64,000 bases of DNA from Eledone cirrhosa (lineage: Eukaryota): contig OZ024745.1 in assembly GCA_964016885.1 (NCBI GenBank), positions 34,100,001 to 34,164,000 of the forward strand, read 5' to 3'. Positions 43,856 through 55,825 of the stretch are shown here, piece after piece. Position 1 is the first letter of the stretch. Each line of letters opens with the position of its first letter. Below the pieces are notes generated by a model. That model had not been told where the DNA came from and made no database searches. It was given only the letters and a program-made list of their open reading frames with translations. A program made the translations under genes and the position numbers.

Positions 43856-43986
43856 TGGAAAGTTATATTTAAATTGTTGTGTTACAACTAGTAAATATTT
43901 ATAACTGATATAAAAGCACTCGACAAATATTTGGAGTATATTTACAATATTAAATAAATGGAAACTATATTTATAAAACCATATTT

Positions 43987-44050
43987 ATTTCATTATATAT
44001 ATTTCAGGGATAACATATTAACAATATGCTATGCCTTCCTCAGACAAAAT
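43987..44050 (-). ncRNA. Type I hammerhead ribozyme (mirror copy in left arm)
   Basis: Reverse complement of 50961-51024. Confidence 0.85.
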
Positions 44051-45451
44051 ACAATATAAACAGTTTTATAGATAAATAGATTCGACATACCGTAACAACA
44101 TCTACTTGCATTTGAGAAGGTTGATTTGGTTGTGACAAAATTGTACACAGAGAGAAAGAAAGAGAGAGAGAAAGAGAGAAAAAAGAGAGAAAAAAAGGAA
44201 AGAAAGACAGAAAACGAAGAAAAAGAAAAAGAAGAAATGCATGGAACAAAATAGAGAGATGGAAAGATAGATAAAGAGAAGAACTTCATGTAAAGAAACA
44301 GAAAGATATATATATATATATAGAGAGAGAGAGGAAATAGAGATAGATACATATATAGAAAGCTAGGTAGTGGGACAACTGTTGAATAACGTATCAATGA
44401 TACATTTATTTATTTATTTATTTAGCTCTAGTATTAATGTAAGGGAGATATATGGACGGAAAATCAGCTGTTATATAGGGAGAGAAAAAATATAGAGAGA
44501 GAAAAAAGAGATAGAGAAAATTCAAAAATATCCAGACACAGGCGAGGCGTACAACCTCTGTTTTAATGTAGAGGTCTTAGTATTTACAAAACCAGCCTCT
44601 GCATTGTAAATATCAGTATTCCTGGATGAGATATGTATCCACAATGTGTGAAAATGAATGATCTTATGTTTAGTTTTTTAAAGAATTCATATGTTTATGT
44701 GATAATTACAAACATCTATGTGAATGTACATGATCAATTCTGCAAACCCTAAGTTCACGGAAAGTATTCTCAATGCGGTATAAAAATTTAAGTATACATA
44801 TATGTGTATATAGAGTCAATATTACTATTTCTGTCTCTACTCTACAAGATTATCTATCAAGCAGAGATAGAGCAGATTTCAATATACTAATAAAAATAAA
44901 AATAAAAATAAAAATATAAATAAAAATATATCGGAAACAAAACTAAACTAAAAATAACAATAATAATAATAAGTAATAATAAAATAGAAAACTAAGAAAT
45001 ATTACGAAAAAATATTACATATTAAAAATATTACATATTAAAAAATTTACATATTAAAAATATTAAAAATAAAAAATAAAAATTAGGAAATACTACAGTA
45101 ATAAAAATAAAATAAACCACAAAGATCAACCCTTCAAAATTAATTGACAATATATTGCCAAGTTCATTATAAACATCAGAGTCGAAAAACAGATAAAGCC
45201 AAAATATTATCTATCAAATCGCATCTAGCAAAGATCATTTCAAAAAGTATAGGATGCCCAATTTGGTCTACATGTGTTCTTATATTTAATATAGAAGTTT
45301 ATCTAGTGTAACGTTTATTCGAAATATTTGGAGCATCAGCTTTTAGGATAGCTTAATTTTTCATGAAGAATGTTTAAAAAAAAAAAAAAAAAAAAAAGTA
45401 AAAAGATTTATCGGCTAGTTTCCCATATAATTATAAATCAAACTAAATATA

Positions 45452-47659
45452 CTACATTTTAAATTTAAATTTATATTTAAACGTTGAGTTTAATCTATGT
45501 TTGCAACAACTGAATAAATTTGTCCGTAGATTAAGGGAATTTTTAGATTTTAGTATAAAGAATATCTCCTCTGCGCAGAGGTCACATGTCTCAGAGGATG
45601 AATTAAAAGGAATCCCTCTTGAGACTATATTCCAAGCCGTCGAATATCTAACGTTATCTAGCTTAAGTTGCCATAGTACGCCTGAAAGTGCCGTTGAAGA
45701 TTTTTTTACTTGGATCTGTGAAAGAATTCTTGTGGTTATTATAGCGAAGTTTAAATTCCGTCGATGTGGAACCGACGTAGTTAAAAGAATTAGAGTCAGT
45801 ATTAACATTACAATTGTATATTATATTTTTAACTAAGCAGTTGTTATTTAACGGACATTTAGATCTATCTCTACAGTTACATTTGTTAACTTGTATATTA
45901 TTTATGCTGTTATCACTAGGTTTTAAGTTCCTATTATTTATTCTATTGATATTTTGTGCTAAATTTTTGGTGGATGAGTAGGTTAATTTAATTGTATGTC
46001 TATTGAAAATTGAGTGATATCTATGTGTTCTAGGGAAGCGATTATCAAGAGCTTTAAAAAATAGTTTAGCGATATGGGTTTTAATGTTTAGTGAGAAGGG
46101 GGGGGGGGGGGGGCAAACCAAATTATGTTCCTAGTTCTATTTCTTTTTTGGCCTTTGGAATTATTGTAATGCTTTCTATTATAGTTGTTAAGGATGTTGC
46201 CGTAATTAAAAAAGTTGTTACTTTGTTTAGTTTGTCTATCATTATCTATGTACACAATCTTATCAGCATATCCTGCTCTAGCTAATGCTTCATTGTAGTA
46301 TTGGGCTTTTTCGTCGAAAATCTTTCTATTCGACGAGATCCTAGAGATACGTTTTTGGACAGAGTTTACTATAGTGTTTTTGACAGATCTGGGGTGGTTA
46401 GAGTTAAAGTTTACATAGTTTAAGTTTTCATTCAACTTGTGAAAAGGATAGTGAAGACATGTGTTGAGATTTAATGTTATATCTAGGAAATTGACTATTC
46501 TATGGTTGTTTTCAATTTCTATTTTAAGATTAAAGTAATTAAAAAATTGTGTAATTTGTTTACATTTTCTATTTAGTTCAGAGTTATTATTATCAATAAG
46601 TAAAAGCATGTCGTCTCTATATAAACCTCCGGTAGTACCGGGTATTTTCCTATGTAGCGAATTGATTAAAAATAAACCCACAAGGTCAGTTACCTGGGCT
46701 GAGTCGGATGATCCCATAGTAATGTCAAAATTGCTATCTCTATCTGCTCTGGTTCATAGTTAGTCATTAAATTCTATCAAAGTTTTCCTAGCCGATAATA
46801 TAATATGCATTTCATTGCTAGTTAGGTCAGTATGTTTGAATGCGTAATTTAGTGCCTTATTTAGTAGATTAGGGGTAATAGAAGAATAATAGTTAGCTAT
46901 ATCAAGTTGAATAAACTTATTATTATTGTTATATTTAATTTGCTTAAACCACTCAACGACTTCTCCAGTTCCCTTCCACAAGCTCAGGTTAGATAAACAA
47001 TCCAAGTTCTTAATTTGCTGTATCACCCTGTCAAGAATGTTTTTGCTTAATTTGCCCAGGTCCGATTTTGATGGTGCGATCAATCTAACTGGCAGGTCAT
47101 TTTCAAAATTCCGCTTGTGATCTTTCATATTGATCTTCGGTTTCCTGGGCACGAAAGGTTGTGTTCTGTTCTCAATTTCCAACTCGTGCATTATACAAGA
47201 TGCTTCAACATTCATTTTCTCAAGCTCGGCCTTATCTGCTACCTTGTACTTTTTCCTCAGCTCTTTCAGTATGAGGCCATTATACATGTCTTTCTGCACT
47301 CCATAGAGGTTGTTGGTCTTGTCAGATTTCACCAAGATCTTCTCAGTTTTCTCTAAGCTCTCAATGTTATCCTTAATGCCTTTCAGATATTCCTGGCCTT
47401 TGAAGTTTCTCTTGAATTTGACCCCTTGTATGATAGAAATTATATCGTTTTCAAAGTCAGATAAAAGTTTGTTAGGGGGTGGATTTCTTTTAGATTTGAA
47501 AACTTTGTTTAAGTCCGAGACATTTTCGTCTGTATTAGATTTATCAAAGTGGAATGCTCGCCACCTGATTCTCCTTATAAAAGAGTCAGATTTATCTATT
47601 AATTGTTTTATAAAGTCTTTGTTTCTAGGTAGAGGTATGTCTTTTAGAGGTATGTCTTT
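45452..47659 (-). pseudogene. Disrupted PLE RT-GIY-YIG ORF (left copy)
   Basis: ORF pieces 46760-47335, 46088-46717, 45663-46121, 45452-45808. In-frame TAA and TGA (F-N-D-*-L-*-T-R), frameshift at G16 run (~46098-46113) and at T7 run (~45701). Confidence 0.9.
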
Positions 47660-47670
47660 TAAAGAAGATC

Positions 47671-49549
47671 TTGGTGAAATCTGACAAGACCAACAACCTC
47701 TATGGAGTGCAGAAAGACATGTATAATGGCCTCATACTGAAAGAGCTGAGGAAAAAGTACAAGGTAGCAGATAAGGCCGAGCTTGAGAAAATGAATGTTG
47801 AAGCATCTTGTATAATGCACGAGTTGGAAATTGAGAACAGAACACAACCTTTCGTGCCCAGGAAACCGAAGATCAATATGAAAGATCACAAGCGGAATTT
47901 TGAAAATGACCTGCCAGTTAGATTGATCGCACCATCAAAATCGGACCTGGGCAAATTAAGCAAAAACATTCTTGACAGGGTGATACAGCAAATTAAGAAC
48001 TTGGATTGTTTATCTAACCTGAGCTTGTGGAAGGGAACTGGAGAAGTCGTTGAGTGGTTTAAGCAAATTAAATATAACAATAATAATAAGTTTATTCAAC
48101 TTGATATAGCTAACTATTATTCTTCTATTACCCCTAATCTACTAAATAAGGCACTAAATTACGCATTCAAACATACTGACCTAACTAGCAATGAAATGCA
48201 TATTATATTATCGGCTAGGAAAACTTTGATAGAATTTAATGACTAACTATGAACCAGAGCAGATAGAGATAGCAATTTTGACATTACTATGGGATCATCC
48301 GACTCAGCCCAGGTAACTGACCTTGTGGGTTTATTTTTAATCAATTCGCTACATAGGAAAATACCCGGTACTACCGGAGGTTTATATAGAGACGACATGC
48401 TTTTACTTATTGATAATAATAACTCTGAACTAAATAGAAAATGTAAACAAATTACACAATTTTTTAATTACTTTAATCTTAAAATAGAAATTGAAAACAA
48501 CCATAGAATAGTCAATTTCCTAGATATAACATTAAATCTCAACACATGTCTTCACTATCCTTTTCACAAGTTGAATGAAAACTTAAACTATGTAAACTTT
48601 AACTCTAACCACCCCAGATCTGTCAAAAACACTATAGTAAACTCTGTCCAAAAACGTATCTCTAGGATCTCGTCGAATAGAAAGATTTTCGACGAAAAAG
48701 CCCAATACTACAATGAAGCATTAGCTAGAGCAGGATATGCTGATAAGATTGTGTACATAGATAATGATAGACAAACTAAACAAAGTAACAACTTTTTTAA
48801 TTACGGCAACATCCTTAACAACTATAATAGAAAGCATTACAATAATTCCAAAGGCCAAAAAAGAAATAGAACTAGGAACATAATTTGGTTTGCCCCCCCC
48901 CCCTTCTCACTAAACATTAAAACCCACATCGCTAAACTATTTTTTAAAGCTCTTGATAATCGCTTCCCTAGAACACATAGATATCACTCAATTTTCAATA
49001 GACATACAATTAAATTAACCTACTCATCCACCAAAAATTTAGCACAAAATATCAATAGAATAAATAATAGGAACTTAAAACCTAGTGATAACAGCATAAA
49101 TAATATACAAGTTAACAAATGTAACTGTAGAGATAGATCTAAATGTCCGTTAAATAACAACTGCTTAGTTAAAAATATAATATACAATTGTAATGTTAAT
49201 ACTGACTCTAATTCTTTTAACTACGTCGGTTCCACATCGACGGAATTTAAACTTCGCTATAATAACCACAAGAATTCTTTCACAGATCCAAGTAAAAAAA
49301 TCTTCAACGGCACTTTCAGGCGTACTATGGCAACTTAAGCTAGATAACGTTAGATATTCGACGGCTTGGAATATAGTCTCAAGAGGGATTCCTTTTAATT
49401 CATCCTCTGAGACATGTGACCTCTGCGCAGAGGAGATATTCTTTATACTAAAATCTAAAAATTCCCTTAATCTACGGACAAATTTATTCAGTTGTTGCAA
49501 ACATAGATTAAACTCAACGTTTAAATATAAATTTAAATTTAAAATGTAG
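47671..49549 (+). pseudogene. Disrupted PLE RT-GIY-YIG ORF (right copy)
   Basis: ORFs 47671-48246, 48289-49338, 49193-49549; YRDD motif; same TAA/TGA stops (48244-48252) and same A7 frameshift (~49294-49300) as the left copy. Confidence 0.9.
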
Positions 49550-50960
49550 TATATTTAGTTTGATTTATAATTATATGGGAAACTAGCCGATAAATCTTTT
49601 TACTTTTTTTTTTTTTTTTTTTTTTAAACATTCTTCATGAAAAATTAAGCTATCCTAAAAGCTGATGCTCCAAATATTTCGAATAAACGTTACACTAGAT
49701 AAACTTCTATATTAAATATAAGAACACATGTAGACCAAATTGGGCATCCTATACTTTTTGAAATGATCTTTGCTAGATGCGATTTGATAGATAATATTTT
49801 GGCTTTATCTGTTTTTCGACTCTGATGTTTATAATGAACTTGGCAATATATTGTCAATTAATTTTGAAGGGTTGATCTTTGTGGTTTATTTTATTTTTAT
49901 TACTGTAGTATTTCCTAATTTTTATTTTTTATTTTTAATATTTTTAATATGTAAATTTTTTAATATGTAATATTTTTAATATGTAATATTTTTTCGTAAT
50001 ATTTCTTAGTTTTCTATTTTATTATTACTTATTATTATTATTGTTATTTTTAGTTTAGTTTTGTTTCCGATATATTTTTATTTATATTTTTATTTTTATT
50101 TTTATTTTTATTAGTATATTGAAATCTGCTCTATCTCTGCTTGATAGATAATCTTGTAGAGTAGAGACAGAAATAGTAATATTGACTCTATATACACATA
50201 TATGTATACTTAAATTTTTATACCGCATTGAGAATACTTTCCGTGAACTTAGGGTTTGCAGAATTGATCATGTACATTCACATAGATGTTTGTAATTATC
50301 ACATAAACATATGAATTCTTTAAAAAACTAAACATAAGATCATTCATTTTCACACATTGTGGATACATATCTCATTCAGGAATACTGATATTTACAATGC
50401 AGAGGCTGGTTTTGTAAATACTAAGACCTCTACATTAAAACAGAGGTTGTACGCCTCGCCTGTGTCTGGATATTTTTGAATTTTCTCTATCTCTTTTTTC
50501 TCTCTCTATATTTTTTCTCTCCCTATATAACAGCTGGTTTTCCCTCCATATATCTCCCTTACATTAATACTAGAGCTAAATAAATAAATAAATAAATAAA
50601 TGTATCATTGATACGTTATTCAACAGTTGTCCCACTACCTAGCTTTCTATATATGTATCTATCTCTATTCCCTCTCTCTCTCTCTATATATATATATCTC
50701 TTTCTGTTTCTTTACATGAAGTTCTTCTCTTTATCTATCTTTCCATCTCTCTATTTTGTTCCATGCATTTCTTCTTTTTCTTTTTCTTTTTCTTCGTTTT
50801 CTGTCTTTCTTTCCTTTTTTTCTCTCTTTTCTCTCTCTTTCTCTCTCTCTTTCTTTCTCTCTGTGTACAATTTTGTCACAATCAAATCAACCTTCTCAAA
50901 TGCAAGTAGATGTTGTTACGGTATGTCGAATCTATTTATCTATAAAACTGTTTATATTGT

Positions 50961-51024
50961 ATTTTGTCTGAGGAAGGCATAGCATATTGTTAATATGTTA
51001 TCCCTGAAATATATATAATGAAAT
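50961..51024 (+). ncRNA. Type I hammerhead ribozyme in PLE 3' end
   Basis: ATTTTGT-CTGAGGA-AGG[CATAGCATATT GTT AATATGTTATC]CCT-GAAA-TATATA-TA-ATGAAAT; stem I 7 bp with 2 GU, palindromic stem III, overlapping AATAAA. Confidence 0.85.
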
Positions 51025-51195
51025 AAATATGGTTTTATAAATATAGTTTCCATTTATTTAATATTGTATATATATATATATATATATAAACGGACAAAAT
51101 GAAACGAAATTTCATTTCCCACTCTTAGTACGGCTGTTACTTAAATATAAGTATGTACACGTACATATATGTATACAGACGTACAGTAGTACATA

Positions 51196-51240
<45 letters not shown>

Positions 51241-51856
51241 CTACTTGTTTATATATATTTACAATAGCAATCTATTTAAATTAATCTAAATTCATATTAA
51301 TGGTTTTCTTATTTGCCCATCACTAAAATAAAAACGAAATATATACCTGAGGCATGAACACGTCCCTTGTTAACCGACGCAGAGGACGATGCAGTATGGT
51401 TGTTTTTCTTACCTCTCACCATATTGCAGTTTTGCTGGTCTTATTCGCGCCAGTCACTAATCAGATACTTTCTCAAACACGCGAAGACTAGGCTTTTTCA
51501 GAGGCGGCCTTTACTCGCCTCGTCATAGCTACATTACAGTGTTGTAAGAGTTTGCTTGGGATCTGCAGGTGTCATCCGTTGCTGCTTGTATTTTACCGGT
51601 GTTGGTCCGGGGCTGCTTATTCTTCAGGCAGGTATCCACTTATATTCCAACTAACCATCATATCTGTGGCCGTTTCGCTATCCACCACCTGCGACCCGTT
51701 CTCTCGCAGAAGAGCTCCGAAACCCAGGAGTAGCCACTGAGCAAGATGACTGGATAACATTCATGAACTCGGTTGGAATAAGTGGGTGAAGAAGAAGAAA
51801 AAGAAAAAATACATACTTATACAAATACATACATACATACGTATTTACATACATAC

Positions 51857-51896
<40 letters not shown>

Positions 51897-51963
51897 AACG
51901 TAAGATAAGAAAATTATAAAATTATAAAAAAAATTATAAAATTGACTTACTTACTAAAATATC

Positions 51964-52045
51964 ACTTCCAACTAATTAGTTTCTGGAATGGAGTAAATAT
52001 ATTTTCCGAAGAACATACAGAAAAGCATTCCGTCGTCAGGAAAGT
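51964..52045 (-). ncRNA. Type I hammerhead ribozyme, downstream repeat of retrozyme-like element
   Basis: ACTTTC-CTGACGA-C GGAATG...CATTCC A-GAAA-CTAATTAG-TT-GGAAGT; stem I 6 bp, long stem II, palindromic stem III. Confidence 0.85.
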
Positions 52046-52505
52046 CTCTTTTCATGTAAGTTTCCAGGCATAGCGAGGACTCTGGAAACTTATTAAAGAA
52101 ATAATTCAGTGGAGAGGAAATAGCGAAGCGTGGACTGAAATCCTAGCCATTGAGAAAATCGCTGTCTCCACGTCCGTGGCAAATTCAAAAAGAATCAATC
52201 ACGTGACATCGAGGTCAATCAGTGGAAAGCGAGTTGTTAAAAAGACAGCGGCCTGCTTACTACTATAGCAGCAGTCATGGCCAATATTGCTCGACAAATG
52301 AATTGGAGATAATTATAAAGAATTTATATCTAGTAACATTTATATACATACAGATGCATATCAATGCTAGCAAATATATAGGTTTTGTCTTAGTAACGTT
52401 GTGGTTCAATGCATGGGGTTGCAGAACAATAATATGAGAGACGTAAGATAAGAAAATTATAAAATTATAAAAAAATTATAAAATTGGCTTACTTACTAAA
52501 ATATC

Positions 52506-52584
52506 ACTTCCAACTAATTAGTTTCTGGAATGGAGTAAATATATTTTCCGAAGAACATATGGAAAAGCATTCCGTCGTCAGGAA
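52506..52584 (-). ncRNA. Type I hammerhead ribozyme, upstream repeat of retrozyme-like element
   Basis: Same motif as 51964-52045, offset 542 nt; 5' stem I strand cut to TTC by adjacent (TA)n. Confidence 0.8.
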
Positions 52585-52651
52585 TATATATATATATCGT
52601 TTCTGAATTTGTTTAGCAAGATTCTTTATCTGAAAACGTGTGTTGAAACCG

Positions 52652-52872
52652 ATATTGTTATACTTTGGGAGGGTCATGTTGCCAATAAGAAATACACGCA
52701 CCAGTTGCTTTCACTTCAATTTATTATAAATTTGACAATATAAGAACAATCATCTGGTTGTGGAACCAACCAACCAACCAACCGGAAATTTATAAATTTA
52801 ATTTATAATAAATTGAAGTGAAAGCAACTGGTGCGTGTGTTTCTTATTGGCAACATGACCCTCCCAAAGTAT

Positions 52873-52880
<8 letters not shown>
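52652..52880. repeat. Head-to-head type palindrome in (TA)n with one-sided tail
   Basis: Arms 52652-52732 / 52800-52880 (1 mismatch); extra ~54 nt on the left before (TA)n. Confidence 0.92.
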
Positions 52881-52913
<33 letters not shown>

Positions 52914-53008
52914 TGTGTATGTGTGTGTGTGAGTGAGATTCATTTCTACAATAAAATGAATATACTTATACTAACGTATTGACAGTAGTCATCTGATTTA
53001 CATCAGGA

Positions 53009-53107
<99 letters not shown>

Positions 53108-53454
53108 TGTCTGTGTGTGTGTATGTATGCAATTGCGTATTGGTATATGTGTGTAATAATTCACTGTTCCGTTTTGACGTGTTGTCTATGGAAACTTAAG
53201 AGCTTTTGCACGTCACATCTCTCCGATTTTGCACAATTATCTATGTTATCAACAGACCACAAGAATATTGGTGTCTGTCATTTCAATTGACTTGTTTTCA
53301 TCTGTATATATTAATTTATTAGTAGCTTTCTAATAATATCTCATAACTAAATTCTAATAAAACTATGATTCTTACAAGACGTAGACAAATAAACTTATAT
53401 TGTATTCACTATTAGATATTCCAGGACAAAGCGATGCAAGTTTAAATTTCATTA

Positions 53455-53655
53455 TACGAGAGTCGGCTGAAAATGTCATCGTCTGACCAAGATACTCTCA
53501 TGGAATGACCAAATGAGGTTTATTTTTCAACATAGGCCCTGAAAAAACAATGCAGTTATTAATAAGAAGAGTCGAAATTAATGCATGTAAGATTTCACAG
53601 CAATTCCCTTGCTATTTCATAGTCAGTCTATGTACTTGCCAGCCGAGCTTCGTGC
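53455..53655. mobile_element. Mariner-type MITE (same family)
   Basis: TACGAGAGTCGGCTGAAAA...CAGCCGAGCTTCGT. Confidence 0.72.
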
Positions 53656-54299
53656 ATTATGTGTGAATGTGCTTGCCTTAGTTGTTAAAGTTTTGGGCCT
53701 ACGATCGTATGTTTCTGCTTCGATTCCGCAACAGAGTGGCACATTGTTTCGTTTAGCACATCACCTTTCTCCAGTCAATTTAGCTGGCAGAAATGAGGTT
53801 TTACTTGTAATTCAAAGGGCCAGCTTTGCCTCACGCCGTGTCTCGCTGAATCTCTCTGGAAACTACGTTATGGATGCTAGCGTGTTTATTATTTAGGCTA
53901 TTGTGTTATTCAATCGACTAGAAACTCGTCGTCGGAACCGACGGAGGTTCAACATCAAATATATATCAGGTATATATTTTGTTTTTATTTATGAACTTTT
54001 CTTCCGTCAATTTTCTTTACCTTTGAATATCATTTGGATCAAACGCAATTACCCCTCATTTTATAACAATTATAATATTACATTTGAGTCAATGCATTTA
54101 TTCATATTTCAAAGACAAGTAGGTTAGTAGTTTATCTAAAAAAATTCGTCTATGCGTGTATCGAAATTCTATTGTATTTCGTAAAAGTACAACCAATTTT
54201 CAGAAATGGTGTATATACCTAAGAATGTAGTATATTAAGACATATATAAAGGAGTTCTTAGAAGATGTAGAAATCTCAAGCGTGTAAAGAAAATGTAAC

Positions 54300-54815
54300 A
54301 ACAATCGATTGCTGTAAATGATAGGTTAGAAAATCTGGTAAAATACTCCTCCAGACGGAAAGAAGTAGCTAGTAGTTGCTAAGATGAATGGAATTTCGTA
54401 CTCTCTAATTCTGGTTGAGCACCATTGAGTTAAATTACCCTTCACTTATTTTGGAAATTTAAAGACGTGTTTCAATATAAAACTTGGCGTTTAATGAGAT
54501 AATTTGTATACAGTCTATAAAACTCTTTAGGTCTGCGAAAATATAGAGTCTTATATTTGTTATATATGATGATGATAGATCCTCCATAGAGTTTCGTTTC
54601 GAAGATCATCAAGGTACAACCTCCTAATGCGGCATGATATTGTTGTTAAAACAATTTACAATGTCATCCGAAGAAAAGATTGCCCTGGTAGAAATATAGT
54701 GACCTTCCTCTGTTATTAAATAGATACAGACATATCAACACAAAGGATGTCAGAGGAAAAGCCCCATCAAGCCTAATTGTAAACATAACAGGCCTATTGT
54801 TGTTGTTTGAGACAC
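54300..54815 (+). pseudogene. RLE-type LINE C-terminal remnant
   Basis: MRHDIVVKTIYNVIRRKDCP (RHD motif) and KHNRP.VVV (HNRPD-like). Confidence 0.55.
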
Positions 54816-55651
54816 TATTATCTGGTGTTCTCACATTGGAGTAGATATGACTTGATCAAGATGAAAATGTCCACAACGAGACGTCTGTATACCATAATCA
54901 TAATCTATTTGCTTTCATATACGCCTCTATTATGAATGACCAACTCATAACGTAACGTCCATGGACGCAGAATGATTTCCTTCCCATTTCTCCCCTTCCG
55001 TTTGTATTTGTCTTCTTTCATTTTTCTCTTTGATTTCTTTCTGACGTCAAAATATAAATGAATTTTAAATATAGTTATTTATGCAGAAAAAATGTACAGA
55101 ATCAGAGGAAAAAAAAAAGCAACATTTCTCATATTTTCTCCTGGAAGTAATTATCGGCTGTGTATCATAAATCTTTTGTACTAATCTTTATTTATCAATA
55201 AATAATAATTCGACATGTTTATATAAAAGATGTCATACTTAAAGAAAGACAGATTCGAAATATATTAAATAGGGATGAAAAGGGAGAAAAAATTAATCAT
55301 TCAGGAATATATCTTTTGATTATTTCTCATCAATCTCAGAGGACAAGTCTACATCTTTGAAACACTTAGAATGCGTTGGGGTATTCATTCCAGTTTTCTA
55401 CACATTTGGTTGAAATCCCGGTGAAGTTACTATTACATTTCATTGTCTTGAAGTCGATCGATAAGGTATCAATCTAGTACTGAGGTCGATTGTTCCAATG
55501 CCTCCATTTCTCACTTTCTCTTTGGAAGAAATCCGTCGTTTTAGAGCTCATTAGGGACGAGTCCCACCAGATGCCGAAGACACGTCAAATGCCATGATGG
55601 CACACCGACGACTCATTGAAATGAATATATATATATATATATATATATATA

Positions 55652-55825
55652 CGTTATTCCGGGTTGAATCGGAGGTAACCACAGTAAGTAAGGTACTCAA
55701 TACATAGCAGAGTATAACAGTTTTAATATAGAAGAGATTCTACAGGACTAGAACTGTTTCATTAATTCCTGATGATTTCTAATGAATGAAACAGTTCTAG
55801 TCCTGTAGAATCTCATCTATATTAA

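Larger units (their letters stand above)
43857..47659 (-). mobile_element. Penelope-like retroelement (Naiad-like), near full-length ORF plus 3' UTR, hammerhead and tail; left arm of giant palindrome
   Basis: Minus strand reads KDIPLPRNKDFIKQLIDKSDSFIRRIRWRA (N-terminus), VKSDKTNNLY, FIQLDIANYYSSI, FDITMGSSDSAQVTDLVG, GLYRDD (RT), then CNCRDRSKCPLNNNC, IIY..YVG (GIY-YIG), CDLC, LNLR..CCKH. About 1.4-kb UTR, hammerhead, ends in (TA)n. Confidence 0.93.
47663..51068 (+). mobile_element. Penelope-like retroelement, 5'-truncated inverted copy; right arm of giant palindrome
   Basis: Reverse complement of 43943-47343 with only scattered substitutions and homopolymer/microsatellite length differences; ends directly in (TA)n at ~51068. 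Confidence 0.93.
51891..52584 (-). mobile_element. Non-coding retrozyme-like / non-autonomous PLE: two ~150-bp hammerhead-bearing direct repeats around a ~390-bp core
   Basis: Direct repeats 51891-52042 and 52434-52584, near identical, each with a hammerhead; (TA)n on both sides; no meaningful ORF. Confidence 0.78.

Noticed and set aside
48244-48252. In-frame TGA as selenocysteine or readthrough (reported for some Naiad PLEs)
   Set aside because: The TGA is at an expected Trp rather than Cys position, a TAA lies two codons upstream and a frameshift follows; ordinary decay is simpler.
45501-49500. Antisense ORFs (111, 64, 79, 124 aa) within the palindrome
   Set aside because: Shadow frames of the PLE ORF; duplicated only because of the palindrome.
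51490-51530. SECIS-like or hammerhead-like hairpin on the minus strand (ATGACGAGGCG..AAA..CGCCTCTGA)
   Set aside because: Spacing too short for a SECIS, outside the PLE, and hammerhead core and stems not satisfied.
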